DNA from: Trichoplax sp. H2
Lineage: Eukaryota
Direction: 5' to 3'
Assembly: GCA_003344405.1 (NCBI GenBank)
Contig: NOWV01000028.1
Location: 1-64,000 of the forward strand
DNA length: 64,000 nt
The notes under the pieces are model-generated. The model was not told where the DNA came from and did not search any database. It worked only from the letters and a program-made list of their open reading frames with translations. Position 1 is the stretch's first letter. Each line of letters begins with the position of its first letter. Positions 39,801-52,500 of the stretch are shown piece after piece. Both the position numbers and the translations under genes were made by a program.

Positions 39801-42800
39801 GAAATTAAATTCTTTTTCACTATTAGGAATAAATCAATTAAAGCCGTCACTATTATAGACACTTTGACTATTAGAAAAATTATATTATAGAATAAATAAA
39901 TTAGGGTAAATCATAGTTATAGCTTTAAATATGCAGCGAATTTACTAGTTTAGGAGAGTAAAATTGATGGTACTACACTAACTCTGCCGAAATATTATTT
40001 CTTAGCGTGTAAACGTTGCCACCATCGAAGGCTACAGAGGGACCAAATACCTCTAAAAAGTAATTATACATCATTGATTTATTGAAGTATACTTGTAATA
40101 TATGTACATCAGTTTACTGATATTTTTAAAGGCGAGATGGAATTTCACGTTCAATTTACCAATATACAACTTCATTTATTGTATGCACTAAAATAATATG
40201 ATGGAGCCTATTAAAATCTGCCAAACCTATTGCTTGTGAACAATTTTCGCCAGTATAATATTGTGGGCAATTACATAAATATCCCTGAACACCAAGACTA
40301 CACTGTCCACCATTTTGGCATGGCTTTCTTTGGCAATCATTACATGAACTAACACCGGCACCATATATAGCATCTTTAACCAGTTGTTTCTCTTGTCCGT
40401 TAATAGTGACCTTCAATTGATTTTATTTCGAAAATTGAAAACGTAAGAGAAATTCATTTTCTTTAAATATTATTCAATAGATAAATTCTATTTGTAATTA
40501 CCGACTCAATACAGCCTACTAAACCAGTCTTAATCTTTGTTTTGGAATTCATAGCAGCAAAATTCGGATGACCACCAAAGTAAAACGGTGCAAACAAACT
40601 TAACAAGACGAAGGAGCCCTACGAAAAAGTTATACTTGTTATGCTTATAAGGTGATCCAATAATGCTCAACGTTTAAAAATACTAAAGTATTTACTAGAC
40701 CTAGTTTTTAAACTGCTAATCTCTCTGTAACTAAGAGGCGTCAATAGCAATGTTGATTACAATAAATGTATAAAAAAATGATTCGTTCAAATAATGCATA
40801 ATTGAGTTTATATTATATCATGAACATTAAACAATCTACCATTAATAGTTATCCTTTTGGAAAGTAGCTTAATTATCACGAATAGTTAACAAATAGGCTT
40901 TATTTTTTATTCACCAAATCTTAAGATTATGAAAATTTACGGAACATACATTAGTTTAATTCTTTATACAATTTAAATATTTGATAATAACTGCATCTAT
41001 TAAAAGCACTGAAATATTTTAATCTTCCGTGGTACTCAATGGTGGATGTTTACCTGATATACACTAAAAATTTACTAGTTATTGTAATTTTACTATAATT
41101 TGAAGTGCATTTAGACTCATGTATGAATAATATACAGCTCGATCCATTGATTAGAGAAACTAGCATTGCAGTTCAATCCTGTAAAGTATACTACATCTTT
41201 AGGGACTACATCAGCAGGGTCTGTTTATGTAATAAGAAATTCATAGCTCAATTTATAACGTTATGAAGATTAATTCTAGAAGCGCAGTTGTGATATAATA
41301 CGCAAAAAGCTTCAAATTAGTATATAGCAATATATAGTTACCGAGGCAATTCCTCTAACTTCGGGCTGCTGGTCAATTCTCATAGTACCATAACGACCAT
41401 TTCGTGTGATATTAATGTCATGACTATTATTCAGTGTAAGCGGACTAGCACTCCTAAAATTCAAATAAATCGTCTTTCTTTTCAAGTAAAACCAAGAATA
41501 AAATTCATACTAAAGATGAAACTTTCAAATTAATTTATAATCCTAAAGTAAGTTGTGTTGGAGTTCTTTTACTTTACCTAATAACTGCCGTTCCGGAACC
41601 CAAATCAAATCTAAATTCCAAATAACCTTCCACTAAGTTCAGCAATATAAAATCTCCTCTATTGTCTTCTCGTTGTGAGCCATAAAATATTAGCCCATTT
41701 GGCTTGAGAGGTTTAACTTTTAAATTAATTGTGACAGAAGATGCTGCAAAATAATCGCTTGTTTTATCCGTATATTCCAAATACGACTGGCCACCAAAGT
41801 AGGGACTAAATGGGCTAGATTGCAATACTAGGTCAAAGAGATGTCCCAAAGCAATGCATATGTATTAGTATTTGTAGAAGCTCAGAAATTTTATTAAAAA
41901 CTTCATATTTAATTTAAATTTTGCTTCAATATATTTATAAACCTTGGTCGCAACGCTGTCCTATTTTCCCTAATGGACACAAGCATTTCCATGAATCAGA
42001 TTTTCCAGCCTCATGAGTGCATGTTGAGTTAGCTGGACAAGGGTTAGAGGCACAAACTGAGACAGCAGAGCGACGTTCACACAGTAAACCAGCATAATCT
42101 GTTGGGCAAGCACACTGAAAATATCGATTGCCTGTAATGGTAATGAAATCCAGGGCTTTCTTTAGTTAAGAACAGTCTACAAGACGTAAATGTCAATCGA
42201 TAGAATTGTTTTATAATTAATTACCACTCAGTGGACTACATCCACCCCCATTTTGACATGGGTTTGGGGAGCAAGGGTTTTTTGCAACACATCTTGTTAA
42301 TTGATAATAAGATACAACATTGTCTGGCTTATTGGATGATGGAACATTTAAGTTATATTCAATATTATTAATATCTAATGATCGAATGCAACCCCCAAAG
42401 TCTTGATTCATTTGTATTCGACTTCGAAATTGGTTTGATCTGAAAACGATAAAGACTTGCATGAAGAAGTTATGATACAACATTAAAAAAATTAGTGGGA
42501 TAAAAGGTTTCAGAAAAAATATAAACAGGATTAAAAATCCTGTTCAAGTTATGGTCTTATTGAAACCAATATTACCAATTAGGAGTGTTTGATTATGTAA
42601 TTACAAAGCGATATAAATGTCTTACGTTGATAAACCAGATGGTAAAGTGCCTAGATAAATATCATTTAGCGAATTCAGCTCGGATAATGAACCTGGAACT
42701 TTACCCACCACCGGAGGTTCCTCATTTACTTGTATCGTAAAATCTCTCCCTGATCGTTTGACAGTTGCCCGATACCATCGATTAACTTCAACTGCTATTT

Positions 42801-45506
42801 TACTTGATGCAGTTCCTTTACCACTACCTAATTCGAAACTAATATAAAAGAAGGAAAGAAGCATTGACATTTACAAGTTAGTTTATTAGAGAAAACAAAC
42901 ATACTACTAATTTAAAGATAAATTTCCAAATTCAATTTTTTGGGTTTCTACGTAAATCGATCCTGAAATACCTTGCTTCGATATACCGCGAGCGAAGGGA
43001 CAAGGCAAAATAGTCCCCATTAGATGAAACTAGATTACCTCCAATTAATATGAGACCATCAAATACTGATGGCATAAATTCGATTGTCAAATTAACTTCT
43101 CTATCCCAAGTTGACGTATTTTTAAATCGAATATAAGAACCATCATGAAATGACGGGATTGCATCTTGTTGATCTATAACAATTTATTGATACCAGGGTT
43201 ATGACTAACTTAAATTTCATAATTTGATGTTAACTTGGATATTGAATAAGATTACGATATTTATTGTTACCAATATCTATGCTAACTTTATTGATAAAAA
43301 TGTTATTATTTTAGATATTTACCTTGGTGGCAGTAAGTACCGGTATAACCAAGGGGACATTGACAAGTGTAGTAGCCAAAAGTTCGGTTTAGACATTGAC
43401 CATTTTGGAAACATCGGAATGTGCGGCAATCGGTTGCATCTGAGGCTGTTTATGAAAGTAGGTGAAAGTTAAATTTAGGTTAAATTTTCATATTTTATCT
43501 GCAATATCTATAGCTACTCCAGCATCCAACAAGATGCTTCATCGAAGCCATAAAGACATAGATTGAATCTTTTCTACTTTTCGTAATGTTAAGTGTAGTA
43601 GTAATTTTATGTATAAAGGAAAGGATTAATAAAATGAAAAGAACAAATTGATGAATAGCAGAATTAATGGATCAACATACCGCATTCTCCACCATAGCTT
43701 TTAATGACGGTGATATTATTTTGACAAGAATCTTGTATCATATGGCATTGCGTGTAGTAAGTCTTATTATTATTACCGCAAATGGGATTGTAATATAATG
43801 AGCACACATTCGCAGGGCATCGGCAAGTCGGATTATTATCGGTTATTCCATTACTTTCCAATCGACAGATTGAATAGTTCTCGCATGTAATATTATTGCA
43901 AGGATTAGCTGTATCTAAACAATAAATCATAATCAAGTTTAGATTACCTAAGCATTAATACTAACGTCATATACATATGTTCTACAAAGAAGGAATTGCT
44001 TACCACAATTATCTCGCGGTAAGATGTTTAGTTGGGTCCCTGTTAGGCACGACTGACGTTCTAATTGGCATGTATTTGAATAGACTTTCAAATCGCTCGC
44101 GCATACAGGCTCTGACTTGGTTAAATTATGACAATCTATACAAGAACATTGGCCTTCTTGAATTTCGTTACTACAGGTAGCACCCATGCGACAGACAATT
44201 TCTGAGCAGGTTCTGACTTTGGAATCTAGCTGATGATCTCCTGTTGGATCTAAAAATTTCAAAGATATCAAGATTTACTTCGTGTTGCTATCAAAGCCAG
44301 AACAGGCACTACTACCATAAATCGAAATTTATTAATATTAATCAATGAAATTGTTTTTCGAAAAACACTAGTTTTATCTGTCTACGCTGCATAATTAATT
44401 ACAATTAGTACAGTATAATTGGTGTGCAATGATTGTATACTGTAATAATGTAAGGTAGAGATGACCTACTTTGTCTAATTCTACTTTCCTTAAATCAATC
44501 CAGCATCATGCAGTAATTACTTTAAGTTACTCGAAGATACATTCTTATTTCAAGCCGTAAGAGGAACTGCTATCGTTTGGGGACTAGACAATTTTTATAA
44601 GTCAATCCTGTAAGTGTTGAATTCTTGAACCAAAACGATCATTGTATTTTACCGGATAGTAATATATAGCTAGTAACAGTGTTAAATTATAATTTATAAC
44701 AATGATGATTCGAAAGGCGATAGGATGAAATTCTAAATTGAATTTTAACGATCTCTAGACTGATTCATATTTGATGTTTATAATTGGCTGTAAAGGACAT
44801 TGCTACGGTAGCTTTTATTTGACCTTTGATATGTATTTCGAAATAAGATTTCGATCAAATTTCTGAATTTTTTTTCTACTAAGAGAGGTTTTAAGGAATA
44901 GCTGCGAAATTTATCATGCAATGATTTACAATCACGGTCTTTAATGAATAGTATGTAATATTGGTGTCCGAGTTTTAACGACAACTTTTGATTGACTTTA
45001 ATGAACGTGTAGGGCCCAATCTTCATATGTAGCATGCTGCGTTAGCATACCCGTAATATACGCGCAATATACAAAATCCAATATCGTATTGTACTATATA
45101 CAGCAGTAAATTTACCTTGAACGGCAGTTCGTATTAATTTTAATCGTTCCTCAGTAACATATTCGAACGATGTGGAAAGGACATATTTTTGGCTACTGCC
45201 ATTAAATAATAGTATCCTGGTGTCATTAGTGTTAACATTTGAACGGCATATTCTGGTATTGCCAAAGTTATCAATAGTTATTGATGGCGGTAGAGACAAA
45301 CGTGGCGGCTTAAATACTTCAATCACCTCAACATTGCTGGAATAAGTTGGCTGTTGTTGATTTCGATTGATATTGAGAACTTTGGCAGTGATAACATAGT
45401 CCGCATTGCTAATTCGTTGCTGTAACGGTGAAGGTGAACACCTTTGACTGCTGCTAGAGATTGCAATCGTAGCTAAGTAGATGAAAATAAATTCTTTAAA
45501 CAGCAT
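33806..45506 (-). CDS. AGRN: Agrin-like extracellular matrix protein: SP-NtA-2xfollistatin/Kazal-EGF-LG1-EGF-EGF-LG2-EGF-LG3-LG4-LG5-LG6
   Basis: 32 exons traced by hand. 45506-45116 (signal + NtA: ADYVITAKV...NFGNTRICRSNV..DTRILL); 44249-44004 and 43914-43681 (Kazal: PVCASD..YSNTC, PICGNNNKTY); 43439-43323 (EGF); 43173-42972, 42838-42626, 42439-42225 (LG1, start of EGF); 42131-41943 (EGFs); 41827-41578, 41453-41342, 40618-40502, 40410-40227 (LG2, EGF); then 20 exons from 40052 to 33806 encoding four more LamG domains, ending ...PRCQ*. Confidence 0.85.
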
Positions 45507-46829
45507 CTTATGCTGTTTAAGTTAATATCAATGAAGACGGTAAATGATCTTTTACTGTTTCCTGTAATGCTATTATTCCTTTAAATATTTCAAAGAATAC
45601 TTTGATCTTCAGAAAATTGTTCACGTGGTCAAATCAGTAGGAGATCATGTTTATTTTATGCCATCGCAACACAAATTTTACATACTTTAACTAAAGAAAA
45701 ATAATCGTGTACGCGCATAGCACCATTAGCACTCTGAATTTGCGTTCATTTCCAATACTCCTATAATTCAAATTCAGGGGTAATTCGCTTTTCTTCAAAT
45801 GATTTATACAGTTTTATTCAAGTTGCAATACCTTGCTTTATTTATTACAGGTACATCAGCTTGATTCATAATAACAGATATTAGATGTTAATAATATTGA
45901 TTGTCCGTAACTTGGGGTCCAGTTTTATATTACTGATTAATATCAAAATGCATCTGCTACTCAATATGATCAAGCCACCTTGTAAAACGTTGGTAAATTG
46001 TCACATTAGAACGAACCTGGTAAAAGACCTGAAATCTCCCATGTTTTAGGGACTTGATCTTATTGCTACTATTTCGTAGAACTCCTGCATGGTACAATAA
46101 ACCAATGCATTGCAACATTAATTTTATAGTTTACGCTAAATATTCTCTGCTTTAGATCGCTGTAGGTGTTTATACGTCACTGCATACTGATACACTCGTA
46201 TCGTGCGGTCATTAAATATGTACTGAGAGCTAGAACTTGAGTATGCTATTGAACTGTAACTAGTTTCAATTCCTGTCGCTTCGCTATCAATTGACTGCCG
46301 TTGCATGCCTAGTATCCTATTTAGTTTTCGACTACAACATCCATACTGCGGCAATATGTACGATTGCTGACATTGGCAGTGCAGAACTGCAGCTTACTTT
46401 TAACATTATTTAATTAGTAATTATATAATTAATTTCACTACATTCCATATTGTCGTACGAGTGTTGTCGAGAAGCTAAATATAGGAGAGTCACCTTTCTT
46501 GGCGTCTACGTTCCATGACACTAAGCATGCTATCGCAGTAGCATAGTACTGTACTGTACAGTATGCTAGGGACCTTCATTTGTAGTTTTTCGCACGCGGT
46601 CAGTAAATTATTTGGGTCAACTTTGATCCAACTATTTTACAGGCAATGCGGCTTCTATGGTTGTGGAATAGCTCCGTAAAATCCTTCTATACTCGTATGA
46701 TATGGATGCTGCAGGCTGTAAAAATGTGAACAGATGAATGCTAGTTGTGTCAATCTCATCGTTTTGCATTTCTCTGCGGTGTTGCCATCGAAATCAGCTC
46801 TGTATTCTACAGTACAAATGCATTGAAGA

Positions 46830-47070
46830 TGTACTGTACTGAAATTCCGGTGAAACGGTATTTCTGGATACAGTACAGTACAGTATGTGATGGGGAAATG
46901 ACTGGATCTACAGTATTGCACTGTACAGTAAGTGTACAGTACAGCGATAGCCATTAAAACGAAGTGGATAGTACTGTGCAGTGTACAGTATAGTACTGTA
47001 GTGTAATTTATGCAAATGACTAGAGCTACAATGTCCACTATACTGTACTGTACTGTACATACAGTAATTC
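46830..47070. repeat. Degenerate (CAGTA/TACTG)n pentamer low-complexity tract
   Basis: Runs such as tacagtacagtacagta and tactgtactgtactgtac. They give spurious YSTV/CTVLY ORFs. Confidence 0.8.
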
Positions 47071-47979
47071 TTTCAAATCTATCAGTACCATAGAGGTTTT
47101 TACCTCCATGATTCGATATGTCAAGTCGCAACGGTCATGATCGTGAAATAGATTTGTTGATCGTTTGTTGTACTGTACATAGTCAAAGGAAAAGAGATTG
47201 CACGCGATTAGGCTTTGTCTTTGTTACTGGACCACATAACTTTTATGCAAAGTATGGATGTGGATTAGGGATCTTCTAAATCGTTTCTTTTATTTTCATA
47301 AGAGAAATCATACATTGTATCATATATTCGTATTAGTGCATAATGGACGTGCCATACAGGTTTAAATTCGCCTTTTCTTTGACCTACAGTACATACTACA
47401 TACTGTACTATATTGTAGCTTTAGAACTTTTCTCCGCAAGCTGACGCTGACACCTATGGCTTGAACTTCGTGATGAAAGCACGCGGTATCAAACACAGAA
47501 AAGACAATTTACTGTACAATGTTGCGACTTTTATGACGTTGAATTACGCTGCAGAAAAGCAAATTGATCTGCGTGAGTTTTTGAAGTCGGGATCATATGT
47601 AATATTGTCCTTGAATAGAGCTTTCAAATGAATTGACTGTCAATCAAAACTCATCGAAACAATAATAATTTAAAATATGGAATTAAATTCTCTTCCTTGA
47701 GTAGCGGGATATGGTTAGAAATACGGCAGTGCACACGTAGCGTGGCTTTTAAAAATTCATTGCTAATGCTATCGTAGTTGAGAGGTCCCTTCTCCTAGCA
47801 CAAATGTACAGCACAGCATGGTGTACTGTATGTTACGAGGAAGGCCACTTACAGTAGTGCAATTAGTGCTATACACTGTACGTGGTTGTGATGATACAGT
47901 AATTACAATGATAAATAAATGACACGGGTTACTAGGCGATTATCGCAATTGCTGGCACGAAATGGTATGCGTTCAATGA

Positions 47980-49355
47980 AAACACTGCTACTCATCGGGG
48001 CTAATAAAATTTATAACTGTTAAAGCCAAGGTTCATTTACATTTATTTATTTATTATTTTATTATTTACAGTAAACTTTATAAACCCCTTAATTAGTTTT
48101 AGAATGTTTCTATTGACGGTTTTCAATATCTATATCTACCTTATTTACTCTACAGTACAAATGGTAGTGTTCGACACATTGGCATCACTTTTTACGGTAC
48201 ATCATACGGTGAGGCAGTTGCGGGAAAATGAACACATGTTTCTGGTATTTCTTTGTTCTCCTTCACACACTGCACTGTACTGTACTGTGCAGTATCTCGG
48301 ACACTACTAAATACTGTACTGTACAGTACATGATATTGTACACTGTACTGTACACTGTACACTGTACAGTACAGTACATGATACAGTAGCGAAACTTCTT
48401 TCTTTTATGTACTGTACAGTGTATTTATCAATCTATGATTTCAACAATGGACGTCATTTGAATTGTCACGAACGTCACGGTCTTGCGTAAAAGATTAAAG
48501 TGGAAGGGCCCGGGCTGGCTCGGCTAATGTTTGTTTCTTTCATCTGGAACGCAGTCATTCACCCGCCATTCACAGTCACAGACGACTGACAGTAAATCAA
48601 TACAGCAAGGTTGGACTCTGGCCACTTNNNNNNNNNNNNNNNNNNNNAAACACTGCTACTCATCGGGGCTAATAAAATTTATAACTGTTAAAGCCAAGGT
48701 TCATTTACATTTATTTATTTATTATTTTATTATTTACAGTAAACTTTATAAACCCCTTAATTAGTTTTAGAATGTTTCTATTGACGGTTTTCAATATCTA
48801 TCTACCTTATTTACTCTACAGTACAAATGGTAGTGTTCGACACATTGGCATCACTTTTTACGGTACATCATACGGTGAGGCAGTTGCGGGAAAATGAACA
48901 CATGTTTCTGGTATTTCTTTGTTCTCCTTCACACACTGCACTGTACTGTACAGTACAGTACAGTACAGTACAATATCTCAGACACTACTGAATACTGTAC
49001 AGTACATGATATTGTACTGTACACTGTACAGTACAGTACATGATACTGTACAGTACCGAAACTTCTTTCTTTTATGTACAGTACAGTACTGTACGGTACA
49101 GTGTACAGTACTGCACTGTGGATTTTTCTTTTATCCGTGCAGTATATTTATCAATCTACAGTATGATTTCAACAATGGACGTCATTTGAATTGTCACGAA
49201 CGTCACGGTCTTGCGTAAAAGATTAAAGTGGAAGGGCCCGGGCTGGCTCGGCTAATGTTTGTTTCTTTCATCTGGAACGCAGTCATTCACCCGCCATTCA
49301 CAGTCACAGACGACTGACAGTAAATCAATACAGCAAGGTTGGACTCTGGCCACTT
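47980..49355 (+). repeat. Direct duplication flanking a 20-N assembly gap (47980-48627 and 48648-49355)
   Basis: Both copies start aaacactgctactcatcgggg and end ggactctggccactt. The N run is 48628-48647. Copies differ mainly in CAGTA tract lengths. Confidence 0.9.
48935..49165. repeat. Degenerate (CAGTA/TACTG)n tract upstream of the repeat-protein gene
   Basis: ctgtactgtacagtacagtacagtacagtaca etc. A shorter copy lies at ~48270-48425. Confidence 0.85.
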
Positions 49356-49595
49356 TATTCGCGCTCTTGCCTCTTGTCTGCTCCTTGATCCATTCACGCA
49401 CGCTCGTAATAATTGACTGCATTGTTGACAGGCGATGCTTGCATGGACTTATCTTCTTGTTGTATTGTACCCAAACGCAACGCTAGGCATCCCCTTTCTT
49501 AAAAGCTGTTGCATTGTTTCAAATTCTTTCCTCATTTGCACCCAGCAGCTGCAGCCAACAGAAAGCAAAAAACAAGAACTCGCTCGACGGTAATC

Positions 49596-52500
49596 ATGGC
49601 GGATTCAACTGAAACACTTCGACGAGATAATACAATGGTTGCAACAGCAAAGGTTAGAAAATAGACTGGATCATTGAACGCAGTAATATCTTAAAATTAT
49701 GGTCACACATCTTAACAAAAATCATCATTAACGCCTGTGTTCATAAATGACATTGCAAATGCTCACGCTTTTTTTTGTTTGCGTATAACCTAATGTATAG
49801 TATATCAATGCAGTTATTGAGTTATCGAGTTTATATATAGTTATATACAGTACTGTACAGTACTGTATGGTGAGACTAATAATACATCAATAAGCAAGCG
49901 TTCTTTATGCATATTCAGTACTTTCGTTGTAACCGTAGCAGTACTGTACTAACCTATCCTGCTTTGAGATTCTTTGTGTTTTACGATTTTATTCGACGGT
50001 ACTGTAGTACAATGCTGCGTGAAAGTTAGTATAAATGCTTTGTGTATAGCAGCAAAGATGCGAATTTTGTGCTAAAGATACTTAAGTAAAGACACCGGGA
50101 ATATTTTTAATTTAGTAAGTGCAAGTACTATTCAGGTTAAGCAAAAATCATCAACTGTAATCTAGGTTTTGAAGTTTATGCTCAATATACTGTATACGCA
50201 TTGGATCAAAATACGTATTTACAGTAATTCAATCATTACTCAGAACGGTATATTTAACTTTTTCACTGTAATCACAAGTTATTGAGAGCATTGAATTTGG
50301 TAAAATTAACAATTTGTATTAATATTCCTAGGAAGGTAAAGAATTCCTAGGTGATCAGATCGAATTGAACGCAAAGACCCGTGGTCAGCAGAAAGACTTG
50401 GAAAGTGTTAGTCAGGATATTGATTCTCCTAGTAAATTATTGCGAAAGAGTACAATGGCTGCTACCGTTGAGGTATGACGCTGCAGTATTTTGATGATTT
50501 GATTATCGAAAAATACAATATTTGATGACACTTATACGAGAATAATCAACCGTTCTCAAAGCCTTGGTAGAAGCTATTGAACGACTGAACACTCCGTATA
50601 ATTTAATGCGTACCTCGTTCATATTTCTTAAGTTGGTGAAATATTGCTTTTATCGTTTGTACTGTAGCGTACTTTTCGTACACCGTAGTACAGCACTGCT
50701 GGTGTCAATTCGGTACAGTGCATGCTATTTAATACAGTGATTTAGTACACTCAGATATAAAGTTGATTGTTATAACTAAAAATAATAACGGGAGACATTC
50801 AATTCTTAAAATAAATTCTTTTCATTAGAATTTTCGTTATGCACGCAATAAAAATATCATAACATTCATGGTACGGTTACATTTGTGCATGCACACTCCA
50901 TACTGTAGCATAGTTTATTATTTTATTTACAGCGCTGTTGTAGTTTGCTTATTCAAAGGCTCCTTAAGTATATAATATACAAAATATCGTATTTTAGGAG
51001 ACCGTAACTTATTTATTTTTAATCGGTTGCTAGAAGAAATTTGGAATAAATGGATATGGATAACGCTTCCGATACTTACCAATTCGTTTTTATCTGTCAT
51101 CATAAACAGTTTTAGACTCCTAAATCTAGGCAGGCGCGACGTACTTAACAGTTTACAGTGCTATGCGTGTGTTGGCGTGTAAAACCAAACTTGAAGTAAC
51201 AAATTCTTTTTATCTTTCTTTCGGTTCTACAATAAATTGTTAATTACACTACTGTAAATGATAGTGTAAAATATCCGGGTATAGTACTAGTAGTCCATGA
51301 CAGTACCGGACCGTGCCGTACTCTACGTATAACCGTATAGTTACGCAAACAGCAATACCGTACAATGTATGCAAACTTAAAAAGAAAGCGTTTTTTTACC
51401 TCCACGAGTATTACTGTACAGTACTGTAGTTGAAAAATATTATGTAGACACTGACTTGACTTTCGAATTTGTCTTGAGTGACTGTTAATCAATCACAAAA
51501 TGAACAGAAAATCTAATTGCGAGTTGTTTTTCTTATATCATGATAGGAAGGTGCAAAATTAATAGGTGAAGAGAGACTTAGCCGAACTAGGGCTCAGACT
51601 GCGGGTGAGACTGGTGAAGAAGATGAAAAAGAATCTACCCCTGCGCTGAAGCGGGATTCGACTATGGCAGTGACTGCTAAGGTGCAACAAAAATTGATTT
51701 CACGTTTTAAAGTCCTGTACTGTATTATACTGTACAGCTGTATGTCAAAGCTTTCAAGTTTTGATTCGATTTATTTTATTCATTATGTGTTGATGCCAAG
51801 TTTCGTCGTATATAGTCCTACTAATTATGAATGATTTACAACAATGCACCCGACTGTGCAATACCAAAGCGTTACACTACGTGTGTGTTGTTAACAATGT
51901 ATTGTTGTCTTTTAACCTGTCAAAAACGCAAGTTAATAGTGCCTAAGATTCTGTTGTAATAATACTGCTCATAAACTCGTATCAGTTCTTATAAATGGAG
52001 GGTCTTGCAAAAATGAAATCGTATTACTGTACCATGCACTACAGTACTACGTATTATATAAGTGTTTATATAGTTAATGCAGCAGTTTTGTATCCTAGCG
52101 GTAAGATGACCTTGACGAAATCATGTCTCGTTAGTTGCATCCGTCAAGTACTGGAATTCTAGTTCGTATAATATTGATCCTTAATCAAATTAGTAACGTG
52201 TCTGCAATGTCGTCTAAATTTCATTATTTTTATTCGTTGTACAATATGTCATATTTCAGATATGTTTTGTATTTCGCTGTGCTCAGTATCGTTTGCATGA
52301 TAATCTAGTTAGCGCTGCAGTCACTGAGCACTGAATATGGTACATTCGTTGTAAGATTGCTTATTTTATTAGCTTTAAAACTGCGATGTCTTATATTAAT
52401 ATGGACGTAAATAAATGCAGGAAGGTAAAGAATTTCTTGAGCGAGAGAATTATACTGAGACCGAGCCTAATAATGACGAAGCGGCAAATGATGATGAGAA

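Noticed and set aside
46610..46730. Plus-strand peptide VNFDPTILQAMR, reminiscent of a dynein heavy-chain N-terminal motif
   Set aside because: Match too short, followed by a stop, and no supporting exons.
46655..47131. 158-aa minus-strand ORF and similar YSTV/CTVLY-rich ORFs (48919, 53975, 59071)
   Set aside because: Translations of CAGTA/TACTG low-complexity tracts, with no domain signal.
48531..49486. Duplicated ORF MFLSSGTQSFTRHSQ...
   Set aside because: TTG start, and it lies in the gap-flanking duplicate and probable promoter/5'UTR of the 49596 gene.
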